DNA from: Chiloscyllium plagiosum
Lineage: Eukaryota
Assembly: GCF_004010195.1 (NCBI RefSeq)
Contig: NC_057720.1
Coordinates: 36,274,140-36,338,139 of the forward strand
Direction of reading: 5' to 3'
Length of the DNA stretch: 64,000 nt
Shown here: positions 25,796 to 39,676 of the stretch, piece after piece
Layout of the letters: the number at the start of each line of letters is the position of its first letter
Position numbering within the stretch: the first letter of the stretch is position 1
The notes under the pieces: generated by a model
Databases searched by the model: none
What the model saw: only the letters and a program-made list of their open reading frames with translations
What the model was told of the DNA's origin: nothing
Position numbers and translations under genes: made by a program

Positions 25796-28096
25796 AACTG
25801 AATTGCTTTTCTAAGATTAAGCTTGATGGCAATGAGTGAGAAAAACAGGATGCAGTAAGTGGCAATATTTGTCTATTATAAATCTTCCGGATTCTAGAGT
25901 GGCATTCATATATTACTTCATATTTTTTAAAATCAAACAAAACATACAGATACTCGAGATGTCATCTTATTTTCTTTTGCTTTTCAGGCCTATAACATGT
26001 CTGTTAAAACAAATAATCAATACATTCATAGATCATCTGGAAACTTCACAAACCATTTAATAATCTCATTGTCAAGTTAAATGTAGTAATCCATTCACTA
26101 AAAATTGTGTTTACTTCACCCTTTAATCAACTTATGATGGAACACACGATTTCCTCTGTCAATACATTTTACATTATTGATGTTAATGCTTCCACCACTT
26201 TTAAAATGACGGCTTCCATTTAAAGCTGAAGGATCACCAGTGTTGATTTCTATTAGGGTCCAAATCTCAACAAAACATAGCTATAAAAATAGAATATGTG
26301 TCTATAACGGAAATTTATCAGGGTAGATTTTTTTTTAAATTTGCATTATAGTGTTATTTTTCAAAGCAGCACTAAAATCTGAGAGAAAAGTGTTGGAGCT
26401 GAATGAGTGAATGTTAAGGTGAAAACTTTTGTTTATGAGTGCATCTGCCAATTTAATTTGGAAGCAAACACAGTTACACAATAAAATACTTTGAGAGCCA
26501 TTAAAGGACCCAGTTGGGTCTGAAATATCAAATGATTAAAGATGGAGCAAAGTTAGCTCGGCTATTTAAATTTTCAAGGAAGCAATGTCTTATGAAATTC
26601 CACGTGACATTTAAGGCAAGGGAGAGTTATGGAACAAAGAATGAATCAAGAAAGATCTGCATTGTCACCATAAAAGGTTATATCCCAATTCCTCACAAGT
26701 CAATATCAGAGCTTTTCTTCATAAGCAATCTGGTGTAATGCCACTTTCCTGCTCAATCTTCATATCCTTTAACATGTTTTTCTCAAACAACTATGTGAAT
26801 TTATGGACTCTGCATCAAAGATCTTTGGCAGAGAATCCAAAATGTCAGACACACTTTGTATTAAAAGATCCCATGTGTTCCATTGGTACCAATTCATCAC
26901 CATCTCATACCCTTTCACTATCTAAAATTTCTATTTGATCACTCAGTAAATGTCATAATTCTGATGGATTTTTAAAAAATGTATCAAAGGTGTTTTTCTA
27001 CCCAAATGGTGGGATATAACTTTTGGTCTTGGAATGCCCACAGTCGACAGGTCATTTCCCAGGGCCTTGCACTTCAAAGTGAATGAATATTCAATCAGTA
27101 CTACAAGCTTAGGAATATTATCATAACAGAAATGGCTGCGTTGGTCAGGGCCAAAGACATCTACAGCTTCTCTGTGCCATGTCCCTGACGTCTGTAAGGG
27201 AATTAATCTTATGCTTCCAGATGCAGTCATTCTTTTATTCATTAACTCACTACTACTAAATTTCCTACTTGAATAGCCATCTCTTCAGGATGCCATTCAC
27301 AATTTCCCTCCTTGAATCATTAATCTTATTTTCCTTGCAATCAGCTGGCCTTGTATATCGATCAGACAGTTTTGGATAAACCAGAAGTTTTGTGCAGTAC
27401 TTTGTGTTTCTAATAAAAGCAAAAACCAAGATTTTTAAAAAATAATTCATGAGCTGATGTGGGCTTTGCTAGCTGCCTAAGCCTGGTTGCCCTTGACGTG
27501 GTAATAAGCTGCCTTCTTGAACAGCTGCAACCCAGTGGGTTCAAAAGGTTTAAAGTAAAAATACCATAGGTGCAGAGAAGCACAAGGAACAACAACACAT
27601 GGTTGCACAGCCGAAGAGGAGATATTAAGGAGATGATCAAGACCTTGATCACAAAATGAACCTGAAGAAAGCTCTTAGCTCAGAATGTTTGATGGCCAGA
27701 TAATCATTTTTGAAACATGCACATGGAAATTGTGTAATTTCCCCCGTCATAGCAGACTCTGAAGGAATTGGCCTTTCCACTTGGGTAATTTCCATCCACC
27801 TGGAACCCTCTAAAAGTATCCATTTAATTCCAAGTGCTCTAATTAAGTAAATAGAAATAGTTGGAATATTAAATACTTGTTTAGCTCACAAATAACTATT
27901 CCATTGATCTGAAGTACACATCTCCCAAATCTTGGCCTAACTCACCCCTCTTCCCCACATCCCTACCACATCCCTCCTTCCAACTGGAAGTTCATATACA
28001 CCACAACACAGCCTTCCCCTAGTCAGCCCTCTCTTTTACCACTTCTAAAAACACTAGCAAATCAGTTACATATGACTTTCCCTTAATAAGTTCATG

Positions 28097-28481
28097 GCTG
28101 AGGGGTGACCTTATAGAGGTTTACAAAATTGTGAAGGGCATGGATAGGATAAATAGGCACAGTCTTTTTCCTGGGGTCGGGGAGTCCAGAACTACAGGGC
28201 ATAGGTTTAGGGTGAGAGGGGAAAAATATAAAAGAGACCTAAGGGGCAACTGTTTCACACAGAGGGTGGTATGTGTATGGAATGAGCTGCCAGAGGATGT
28301 GGTGGAGGCTGGTACAATTGCAACATTTAAGAGCATTTGAATGGGTATATGAATAGGAAGGGTTTGGAGGGATATGGGCCGGGTGCTGGCAGGTGGGACT
28401 ATATTGGGTTGGGATATCTGGTCAGCATGGACAGGTTGGACCGAAGGGTCTGTTTCCATGCTGTACATTTCTATGACTCTA
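28097..28481 (+). mobile_element. HER1/CR1 LINE 3' end
   Basis: RDLRGNCFTQRVVCVWNELP; tail ggaccgaagggtctgtttccatgctgtacatttctatgactct. Confidence 0.9.
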
Positions 28482-30505
28482 TTTAACCATTCTTTCCTGA
28501 ATAATGTCTTTCAAAGTTCATCTACCATTCTTGCTATATTGGCTGTAATTTCTCGGCTGATGTTTACACTCCTGTTCAAAACTGTTTGTAATGTTTACAA
28601 TTCTTCAGCCTTCCAGCACCACCCCCCAAATCTTGGAAAGACTGAAAGAATATTGCCAATGTTTCTGTAATTTCCACTCTCACCTCCTTTAAGTTGTTCT
28701 TGAATGCATTTGCTTATTCAGTGCCACCTCCTTCTCAATTTTAAACCATTCTAGTGGCTTCTCCTCTCTGTCACCATGGCTCAGACAGCATCTACCTCAT
28801 AGGTAAAGGCATGTGAAAAGTAATTCAGTTAACACCTCGGCCAAACCTCTTGCCTCCTTTTTAGTCCCAAATCAGCTCCAGTCCTTGTTTTACTATTGCG
28901 CTTGTACAAGACTTTGGGATTTCTCATGTTAGTTCCCATTCTCTTTTTAAAAAAACCCTCATTACTTTTCATTTGATTTTTCACCTTCCTTCAAAATGGC
29001 TTATATAGGGCCCTTTTGAGCCGCAGTTATAGTGTCTCTGCCCTGAACTAGGGACACCTGAGTTCAAGTCTCATATGCTCCAGCAGCGTGTAACAACAAC
29101 TCTGACTTGGTTGTTTAGAAAAATAAGTCTAAAGGTTCTGTATTCAGCTTGCTTCTCAATTGTACTTAGGACATAACACTTATCAAAAGCACAGTTTTCC
29201 TTTTTTGCCATAATTTCCATCCCCTTGAGATCTGAATTTATTTTTCCTACCATTCCCTTGAGGCAATGTACCCCGACCAAGCAAGAAACATAGCAAATTC
29301 TTCTGCAGATGACACAGCCAAAGTGAGTATATAGCTTGGGGAATTTGGAGGCAGCGTGGGAGAAGGGAAGAGGTGCCTTTGGCTCGCTTTCTTAGTTCAC
29401 AGTTTGTAAGGTCTTTTTAAAGGATAAGTTAAAGCCCAGAATCAGAAGTCCAGCACAAAAGAAAGAGTGACTTCAAATGAAAACAATGTTTCTTGGTTGG
29501 TAATAGCTACTAATTTGACTATCTATTATAGGTTACTTTTAGATTGAAGGTGGATAGTGTTAAAATCTAAAAGACCAGTAGGAAATTTTTACAAGTCAAA
29601 TTAATAACTATGTAAATAAAAGAGGAGAATACTTCAGCACTCTGCAGACTCCAGACACATAAACCAGGTGATGGTTGTGCCCACGTATAGGAGCCGGTGG
29701 ACCCCATTGTGATTCGAAGTAACCACATCTGTAGCAAGTAACGGATGTTCAAGGAACTCCAGCTCAGAGTTGATGTAGTCTGAACTTCAGTTCTTAGACT
29801 CACTACCTCAAACTCAGGTCAGTGGTCAGGGTCAGGATGGTGTGACTAGCAGGAGGTAGTGTTGAAAGAACTCAGCCCTCGAGCTTGTCTAACAGATTTA
29901 ACCCCTTTGTGGTCTGTAGGGAAGATGAGCAAACTGACGATAGCACCATGGTACAGATAACCATTCAGGATGGGGGAGAAAAAGAGAAATGTAGTTGTAA
30001 TCAAGAATGGTATAGTCAGTGGAATAGACACAATTCTTTGTGGCCAGGACAAAGAGTCCTGAAGGCTGTGTTGCCTGCCTGGTGCTCAGATTCAGGATAT
30101 CTCACCTGAGCTGCAAAGCATCTTGGGGTGGGAGGGCAAGATCCACTCATGGTCCACATAGACACCAGAAGGGAGAATGAGCAGCTAGGAGCTAAATTAA
30201 AAAGCAGAACTGAAAAGGTACTAATCTCTGGTTTACTATCTGACCCACTAGCCAATTAGCACAGGATCAATAAGATTAAAGAGATAAACATGTGTCTCAA
30301 AGATTGGTGTATCAGGAATGGGTTCAAAGTCATGGAACATTAGCACCAGTATTGGGAAAGAAGGGAGTTCTTGCGATGGGACAGGCTGCATCAGAATCCT
30401 TCTGGGACCAGAGTCCAGGTAAGTTTATTTCGAGCGCTGTGGCTAGCACTGTCGACTAAATGGGGATTGGGGGGTGGTGGGGGAGAAAAGAGAGTTCAGG
30501 GTTTA

Positions 30506-31130
30506 CAGAGGAACCCCGATTATCCGATCGAGATGGGCAGGCACTATTCATTCAGACAATTGATTATTCGGATAATCGATTTTAGCTTAAACAGGGGAAA
30601 CCACACTGATCTAATGCTGTGCTCTACCGGAGAATTTGTTGATATCTATTATTTTAATGAGTCTGTCATTTAAACAAACTGATCTTTGCAGTCTGCAAGT
30701 TACAGGTTAAAATGAGAAGAACTAAACCCTTACCATGAAATCCGAGCATTAAACAAGGTCCCGACCAGCTTCTACAATCTCAAGACCATTTACAGTATCA
30801 GTTTCCGGGAGCTCAGTCACGTGATAGAAACACAGAAGTCCGGACTCGCATGTGTGTTTATGTTTTTAAATGACCAGCCTTTGTTTTTAAATGACCAGCC
30901 CAGTAAAGTGCCAGGAATACTTCAAAACACTTACTTTTGCAAAGGACCGTGTAACAATCCTTACCTAAAAAATATCCAGTCGCTTATGTTTGAGCTGCTT
31001 GTGTTTCTTTGTTTTTGCCAGCGTTTCACATCTTCTTCAGTACAGGTAAATCGAATACACTTACCTCTTTGATGTAACATTTTTGCAGGACCTTGATAAT
31101 CAGATATTCGGATAATCGAGATTCCTCTTG
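30506..31130. mobile_element. Non-autonomous pogo/Tigger-type DNA transposon (MITE) with TA TSD
   Basis: TA|CAGAGGAACCCCGATTATCCGA ... TCGGATAATCGAGATTCCTCTTG|TA gives imperfect TIRs of about 22 bp. Subterminal gataatc repeats occur at both ends, with no transposase ORF. Confidence 0.85.
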
Positions 31131-31875
31131 TAGTTGGTAATGCTGCTTCAGCATTCTGCAGACTCCAGACACAAGTACATCATTTCAGACCGTCTCAGTC
31201 CAGCCAGGGTAAACTTAACCTCTTGTACAGTATTTTGAGATATTCCTCAATCAGGGACGGTTCAATAAGTATGAATCACATTAGTTACCATCTTTGCACT
31301 TAGCCATCAGCTTTGTAAACAATCTACTGGAAAAGTTTAGCTTATGTTAGCAGTAAATTATAGGAAAGTTAAAGGCAACAAGGGCTCGGTAGAGGTTATT
31401 GAAGTTTCCAGAACAAGTAATAGGACTGAGAAAATGGAAAGGCTCAGGAGTCTAATTTCAGGCACAGCAGACAAAGGGACAACTATGAGGAGGGGGCAGT
31501 GAACACAGGACTGAGGATATTGTACATAAATACATGCAGTATATGAAACAAGGTAAATTAACCTGGTAGCACAGATCTGGAAGGGAATGTACCTTCATTT
31601 CCTGAGTTAATTTTTCAATGTCCTTTGATTTTATAATATGGCTTTTGTTGACAGTTAGTTTCCATGTTCCAGAGTTAAATTCTTCTTCGCTGTTCTTGAA
31701 ACTGTGTGTTGTCATAGTGCTCAAATGTCACCGCTGGTGACTTTGACCCCTCAATCCAGGGCCACCATGCTCCAGGTTTCCGTGGCCCCAGTCTGCCACA
31801 ATTCCAGTCCCATGTCACTGACACCTGCTAACCATTCCATGCTGAAAAGCTCCACTGATTCAAAATTGTCAATGT

Positions 31876-32650
31876 GAGGCCATCCATTTTGATAGGAATA
31901 ACAGCAAGTATAACTATTATTTAAATGGTGAAAAGTGGCAGCATGTTGCTGCACAAAAGGACATGGGTGTACTTGCGCATGAATCATAAAAAGTCAGTTT
32001 GCAGGTGCAGCAGGTAATTAAGGCAAATGTAATATTGTCCTTCGTTGCTAGAGGAATATAGTTTAAAAGTAGGGAGGTTATGCTGCAGCTGTATAAGTAT
32101 GGCCTCACCACCACTCGAAGAGTACTGTGTACAGTTTTGGTCTCCGTACTTGAACAAAGATGTACTGTGTTGGAGGGGATGCAGAGGAGGTTCACGAGGT
32201 TGATTCCAGAGTTGAGAGGATTGGCTTATGAGCAGAGATTGAGTAGACTGGGACTAAACATATTGGAGTTAAAAAGAATGAAGAGATATCTCATACAAAC
32301 ATATAAAATGATGAAGGGAATAGATAAGATAAAGCAGGAAGATTGGTTCCACTGGCAGGTGAAACTAGAACTAGGGGACATAATCTCAAAATAAGGGAGA
32401 GAAGATTTAGAACTGAGATAAGGAGGAACTTCTTCACCAAAAGGATTGTGAATCTGTGGAATTTCCTGCCCAGTGAAGTAGTTGAGGCTTCCTTGTTGAA
32501 TGTTTTTAAGGCAAACTTAGATAAATCTTTGAATAGTAAAGGAATTAAGGGTTATGGTGAGCGAGTAGATAAGTGGAGCAGAGTCCACCAAAAAATCAAC
32601 AATTTTATTGAATGGCAGAGCAGAGATGGCCTACTCCTGCTTCTATTTCT
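31876..32650 (+). mobile_element. CR1 LINE 3' fragment
   Basis: LEGMQRRFTRLIPELRGLAYEQRLSRLGL and RRNFFTKRIVNLWNFLP. Confidence 0.88.
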
Positions 32651-33414
32651 TATAGAGATGTACAGCATGGAAACAGACCCTTCGGTCCAACCCATCCATG
32701 CCGACCATGTATTTGTATTCTAATTGGTGGGTACAAGGTTGTGGCTATCATAGAGATATTACTGCAAGGGGATCAGGGCTGGGAATTAAATATCCAAGGA
32801 TACATATCCTACTGAAGGACAGGCTGATCTGCAGAGAGGCTGAGATTGTTACAACGAAATGAAATTAAATCCATATCAAGAAGTGATGTAAAGTTGAGGC
32901 AATGCAAAGGGGGATAAAAGACCCTAATAGGAGTTGTGTAGTCAAGAGGTGGGGCAGAAAATAAATCAGGAGATAGAAATAATCATGGGAGACTTCAATA
33001 TGCAGATGGACTAAGAAAAAACAGCTTGGTAGTGGATCTCAAGAAAAGGAAATTATGAAATGTCTACAAGGTTTTTTTGGAGCATGTTGTTGCAGAGACT
33101 ACTAGGGAACAGGATTTGGGGATGAGGCAGACTTCATTAGAGAACTTAAGATGAAGGAATCCCTCGGGGGCAGTTACTATTCTATGATAGAATTCACCCT
33201 GCAGTTTGTGAGGGAGAAGATGGAATCCGATGGAATGGTTTTACAATTAATTTTACATAACTACAAAGACATAAGGGAAGGAGCTGCCCACAGTTGACTG
33301 GAAGGGGTGCTTACTAGAGAAGACAATGGAGCAGCAATCGCAGGAATTTCTGAGGGTAATTTGGGAGGCACAGCAGAAATTCAAGCTAAGGGGAGGACAA
33401 GACAACCATTAAGA

Positions 33415-33712
33415 AGAATCCCTACAGTGTAGAAAAAGGCCCTTCAGCCCAACAAGTCCACACCGACCCTCCAAAGAGTAACCCACCCAGACCCATTTCC
33501 CTTTGACTAATGCACCTAACACTGTGGGCAATTTAGCATGGCCAATTCACCTGACCTGCACATCTTTGGACTGTGGGAGGAAGCCGGAGCACCCGGAGGA
33601 AACCCACGCAGACACTGGGAGAACGTGCAAACGCCACACAGATAGTCACCTGAGGCTGGAATTGAACCCGGGTCTCTGGTGCTGTGAGGCTGCAGTGCTA
33701 ACCACTGAGCCC
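33415..33712 (-). mobile_element. HE1-like V-SINE
   Basis: Reverse complement of the 5112 and 42728 elements. Confidence 0.9.
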
Positions 33713-34184
33713 TGCTCCTATGTCTTTTACGGATGACTTAATTTTACGACACCATAGCCTTGAATAATACACCTTAAAAGTACCAAATTGTTTATCCACA
33801 ATCACTATCTTGGTCCATATTACCGTGATATACACATACAATCAATTAACATAAGTTACCAAGGGAGAAACATTCAATGCATTTCAGAAGCGTCATTGCT
33901 TGGAACCAAGAAATAAAGTTTTTCTTCAAAATGTCACAAATGAGATAATAATTTCAAAAGCAGGGAGTTCCTAAACTAACTGGTCCCAGCAATACAGGAA
34001 GATTTCCATTGGTTAACCACAATTACAATTGAGAAAGAGCCCATGAGACATCGCAGAGACATGAAGTAACACTCACACATATTGTTCTGATCTCCAAATT
34101 TACAGACCCTACAGATAGTGTTCAAGTTTGATCCTAAACAATTTCTTCATTGACCGCTCAACCTGAAAAGGACAATTCTTCCAT

Positions 34185-35155
34185 GGCCGTGTTGGGACCA
34201 CAATTACTCACATGATACATTAACGATCTGGACGAAAGAACGGAGGCCATTTTTGCTAAATTTGCAGATGACACAAAGGTAGGTGGGGAGGCAGGTAGTG
34301 CTGAGGAAGCAGAGAGGTTGCAGAAAGACTTGAACAGGCTAGGAGAGTGGGCAAAGAAGTGGCAGATGGAAGACAATGTAGCGAAGTGTGAAGTTATGCA
34401 CCTTGGTAAGAATAGAGGCATAGACTGTTTTCTAATTAGGGAAAGGCATTATAAATTTGTAGCACAAAGTTACTTAGGAGTCTAGTTCAAGATTTTCTTA
34501 AGGTTCAGTTGGTAGTTAGGAAGGCACATGCAATGTTAGCATTCATTTCAAGAGGTTAGATAGATGTACTGCTGAGGCTGCATAAGGCTCTGATCAGACT
34601 GCATTTCAAATATTTAGAGCAGTTTTGGGCCCCCTACCTAGGGAAGAAAATGAGGAATTGGAGGGATCCAGAGGAAGTTTGCATGAATGATCCTGGGGAT
34701 AAAAAAGCTTGTCATAGTTGAGGATTCTGGATTTGTACTCTAAGTTTAGAAGGATGTTTGGGGTGGGGTGGAGGGTGTTATTGAAGGTGACGAGAATACT
34801 GAGAGACTTGGATTAAATGGAACGTGGAGAAGATGCTTTCATTAGTGGGAGAAACTAGGATCCAAGGACACAGCCCCAGAATGAAGGGTCAACCCTTTAG
34901 AATGGAAACGAGGAAGAATTTCTTTCGCCAGAGGGTAATTAATCCGTGGAACTCATTGCCACTGAGGGCTGTGGACGCCAAGTTATTCAGTGTATTTAAG
35001 ACAGAAGTGAATAGGTTCTTGATTGGCAAGAGGCTCAAGGGCTGTGGGGAAAATGCAGGAGAATGGGGTTGAGAAACATATCAGCCATGATCAAATGGCA
35101 GAGCAGACTCTATGGACTGAATAACCTAATTCTGCTCCCCCATTTTATGGTCTAA
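34185..35155 (+). mobile_element. CR1 LINE 3' fragment
   Basis: INDLD..AKFADDTKVGG..LQKDLNRLGEWAKKWQME and RKNFFRQRVINPWNSLP. Confidence 0.88.
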
Positions 35156-35629
35156 GGTTGAAAAGATTTCTTAAAACTTTAGAATGATTTATTAAAGGAA
35201 GAATTTAAAAACAGTGTCAATTGTGTTGGAATAAGGTCCCAACTGGAAGGACATAAGATTTCTAAGGAAATTGCAGCAATTGCTGAAGATTGAGTACCTA
35301 ACAAAGTGTTAGTTACAGGCATTGTTCGTGCACTTACAGAGAGACTGGGGAGATAATAGATTAGTGAGGTGAATGGCACAGGGGAGAAATCAAACTCTCC
35401 TCAAAAATAGCAAGAATTGGCCACAAGGATAAATTTAATTCAAGAGTACCGACAAGTTCAAAGCCATTTTGTAATATAAAAGAGCAAGCCCGTTTCACAT
35501 CTAGTACTTGCAAATAGTAATTTAAAAGACTCACAGATCCCTCTTAAATTCAGAAAGTTCTACCCAGCCAATAGCTCAGTTGACAGTAATATTAAACAAA
35601 TCTTGAATCTTGATACGTTACTGTGATGT

Positions 35630-35826
35630 AGAAAGTGAGGACTGCAGATGCTGGAGATCAGAGTCGAGTGTGGTACTGGGAAAGCATAGCCAGTCAGGCA
35701 GCATCCGAGGAGCAGGAGAATCAAGTTTTGGCCATAAGCCCTTCATCAAGACATTAGAAATATCGATTCTGCTGCTCCTCAGATGCTGCCTGACCTGCTG
35801 CGTTCTTCCAGCACCACACTCTCGAC
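35630..35826. mobile_element. Fold-back Penelope-derived element (more diverged)
   Basis: Long arm to cccttcatcaag, then an inverted arm tcgattctgctgctcctcagatgctgcctgacc...cacactctcgac. Confidence 0.8.
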
Positions 35827-38409
35827 CCAGGTTACCAGATCAGTAATTAAATATTCACATGAGGCTGCCAATGTTCTTTTACAGAAAGAACACAAGTTTA
35901 TTACACAAATGAAACAAAAGCTATATAAATTAGTCAATTTAAAAAGATCGTACTTCAACACTTTTTTCCCCAGCAATGTCCTTTCTAGTCACTAATTCCA
36001 GTTAAGTATCACTCCTATCTTCATTATTTAGTTTCTTACTCAAATAACTCTCTCCAGCCCTTCCTCCTTGAATTGCCAAAGCAGTTCAAGATTTTTCAGC
36101 TTTGATGGCTCAAAGACCTCTTTCCAGCCCTGACGGTCTGGATATTTCATTTTAATTTGACAGCCTGGACATTTCTAATAACTCTGACAGTTTGTAGACC
36201 TTTGGTCTGGAGACTTCTACAAAACTAAAGAACAATCTTTTTGCTAGGTTGACTCTCTTCTGAACTCAACTGGTTAGTGGCCATTGAACACGTATTGTTG
36301 TATCATAAAACCCAACTTTGTATACATTAAACAAGTAATTTCCCAGGTAGCTGACCAAATCATTTAACAACTCACAAGCTTTCTTGAAAAATCTGTCTTT
36401 AGTTCACCAGTCAAAATGAATTTAAAACCTAAAAAAGATACATTGCATAACTGAAAGCTAAAAATCTATTTTCCTCCACTTACAATACCAAGTCACCAAT
36501 AACAACAATATACTACAAATCTCACAGATGATGATGCACTAAAGCTGAGTTCCGAGAAATGGTGAGTAGGCCTGAAGGAATTTACAGGAATTTATGTGAT
36601 AGACACAATATGAAAGAACTTAAACACATTGAGAATTTTTAACTTTGAGGCTTCAATACACTAAGAGCTTGTATAGATGAGAGTGGATGGGTGAACCTTT
36701 AAACTGAGTGAGGGATAGAATACACCTTGATTTTTACAAAGGATGATAGGTCCCCCAGGACAGCAATGGAACAGTCTGGGGTTATGGATGGCAAAAAAAA
36801 GCAGGTCTTGAGGAGAAAAGGGCAAAAAGGGATACAGGGATCCAAAATTTACAAACATTCAATTTACTAACACAATTCCATTGAGGTGTAATCTTAAAGA
36901 TCCAACATACAAATGTTTCCTGTACTTATGTACAGCTGTTTTATGCTGTCCTACTTTGTGTTCCAACTTGCACACAAATCAAAGACTGCCTACATAAGAA
37001 TTGGCTTGTCTTGTTATTTTGTAACCAAATTAAAAATCACTTACACTCGAAAATTCCCATATTCATTATACTGAGGGACTACAAAGTACTTGCCCAGTAT
37101 TTAAATAATTTTAAAAGATGTAGGAACAATAAGCAATTTGCAAACTACTTTTCTATAATTTTGTTATTTTGTCATGATCTTGTCTGCATGTCAGTTGTAC
37201 AACAAAACAAAGTCCTCACTTCAAAAATACTAAAAGCTTCAAATGGTCTAACGCTGAAAGCAGTAATTGTTTCAGAATACATTCAGATCACAGCAGTGAC
37301 TGCAGATCTAACCTAAAAAGGGCTTGCTCAAATGAGATGATGGCTCCAAGAAAATGCAAGTATGAACAAATAATTTACAAACAACAATGAAGCTAATGAG
37401 CTTTGTGAATATACTGCAAAGTTTACTTAGTATCATTTATTGCACACTTGGGTAAGGTAAGATGACACATAGGATGGTAGTAAAATATATAAACATTATT
37501 TTTCCAGTGTAAAATTAGCACTGCATCATCTGTAATGGTTAATAAATAGGGATACCCATGGGATAGTAGGCATAATATACAGCTTCCCTGATATTCAGCC
37601 TGCTGAAGCAATTGTTAATTAGTTAGCCTGGTTTTCAGTTAAAACATTACTCTGTTCTTAAGTTCACAATAATATAACTTTGTTTGCAGCACTCGCAAAC
37701 ATACAACTTCACAGTCTGAACAGCAGAAGAGGGCAATTTGTCATGAAGGTCAACAGCAGCTGACTGATCTCAATTATTTTGCTGAGATAGTTTTATGCTC
37801 CCCTCTATGGTTTTAAAAGCATTCTGGAGGAAAAAACCAATGCTCAGGTCTCAGCCCTTTCAGTGAGACCAACTGTTTCATGGCAACATAATCCACTTTT
37901 GCACTTTATCTTTTCCAAATAAAGAAATCTAAAGAGCAAAATGTCAAAGCACCAACATTGCTTTCACCATTGAGCTCATGTTCTTTGGCATACACATTAC
38001 CTGTGATATGCTGTTTCTTTTTCTCCTGTAAGTTTTTCAATAGCAAACTGATTGCAATGAACTTGTTCTTGTAGCAATTTGGCTAACTACTTACAAAACA
38101 ATTATACAATAGCACTCGGCAGCTGCAATGGAATCAACCACCCAGCTGAATTTGGGACAGCTCACGTTGCTAAACTTAATTGAATAATGAAACATTATTT
38201 TGAGGGCTATCTAAAAGTGCTATATTTTTGGCATGGAAGATATCATACTCCCCATGTAGTTTCATTGTTGTAAAGTACAATAGATAAATCTGAAATGTTC
38301 TTTCATTCAGATTTTAATCCAGATGACTTTGTGAAACACATTTCTACAAGGCCAGAGAATCCTGGCTAATTATGACAAATCTATAAAACTTCTCATTTCT
38401 TATAAATTT

Positions 38410-38642
38410 TGTGTTTCTGTGTATATCTGTTTAATGGCAGGAGGCAGGGTGGTGCTGAAGATATGCGTGTATGTTTCTGTGTATATCTGTTTATTTGCAG
38501 GAGACAGGGTATTGGAGGAGGACGGTATGTGTGTGTTTCTGTGTATATATGTTTAATTTCAGGATACAGGGTGGTGGTGGAGGATTGTGTGTGTGTGTGT
38601 GTTTCTGTGTATATTTATTTAAGGGCAGGAGACAGGGTGTAT
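38410..38642. repeat. Minisatellite, about 60-bp unit x4
   Basis: gtgtttctgtgtatat...tt...caggagacagggt(g/a) recurs four times. Confidence 0.85.
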
Positions 38643-39548
38643 ATATTAACCAATAAAAGTGCATTCGGTCAGATGTGGAATGAGCAAAGCAGTGACACAG
38701 TTATGTTTCATCAGTTCACTGACATGGCCCATTAAAATGGGGGCCTATTCCATAGAGATAATCTTTTTGGAGCCATAGTGGTAACAACTGCTTTGGCCTT
38801 TAAAAAGGCCACAAACTGTTACTAGATTAACCTTTCCTGGATCCTGGAGGGGATCAATTATCTTTAATGAACAGGGACAATGGTTTTGCTGGTTGCATAT
38901 GAGTTTCTTTTTTAAAGTTTTATCTTTGACCCAAAAGGGCACTGCAGGGAATGCAGCTCTGGGTTATTTTCCAAGAACATTATTGGCAAGTGCCAAGCAA
39001 CCACCAGGCTTTAAGATAATTGTAGAACAGATCCATAGGAATTTTAAGATCAAAGTCTCTTCCTGTAAATGGATTAAAAGAGCACATATATGTGAATAAA
39101 ATGTAAACTGTTTTGATTTATTATTCCAAGGAAAGAGCAAATGAAAGCCCGTTTGTAAGGCTACTTCTTTCTGTCTTGAAGGCCCCTTTTTAGCGAAGCC
39201 AATAAGTTAAAATAATTACTTATTATTCAGTTCTGCAACTGAAAGATTTATGAATGAATCTCAATATCATTGGCATCCTGCCATAATCCTGAAGATTCTT
39301 ATGTTTTTAAGAAAAGCTGGAGAATAAGGGCCAATTCAGCAATTCTGGATAAAAAGCACAAGGCAGATTGTGTGCCAGCAAAGCAATGATGAACTGGCCT
39401 CACTGGATGCTGCAAAGCTAGCTTATGAATATCATTATCAAAGTGTACACAATTTGAGCTTTACGCAGAATATAAGACAATGAATACCCCATGCACAGTC
39501 ATACCTCAAAAGGGCAGACCAGTTGAAAACATTACTACACTTGTATCT

Positions 39549-39676
39549 TCCTGAAGAAGGGCTTATGCCCGAACGTTGATTCTCCTGCTCCTTTGATGCT
39601 GCATGACCTGCTGTGCTTTTCCAGCAACACATTTTTCAGCTCTGAACTCCAGCGTCTGCAGTCCTCACTTTCTTCC
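39549..39676 (+). mobile_element. Single-arm copy of the Penelope-derived short element
   Basis: tcctgaagaagggcttatgcccgaacgttg...gcagtcctcactttcttc. Confidence 0.82.

Larger units (their letters stand above)
29330..33410 (+). mobile_element. Old CR1 LINE 5' half (ORF1 esterase/SGNH-like remnants and start of ORF2), split by later insertions
   Basis: Remnants resembling CLPGA (ttgcctgcctggtgc), VHI(G)T (gtccacatagacac) and DRLHQN, then endonuclease remnants IIMGDFN at about 32980. Heavily mutated. Confidence 0.6.

Noticed and set aside
35470..36484. Possible solo LTR (tgtaa...ttaca termini)
   Set aside because: No TSD, PBS or second copy is visible, and 5-bp inverted ends can occur by chance.
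38001..38086. 86-nt exon-like segment on - (LAKLLQEQVHCNQFAIEKLTGEKETAYH, donor gtaatg)
   Set aside because: The acceptor is weak, it lies downstream of the stop of the 42088 candidate, and I found no partner exon or recognised homologue.
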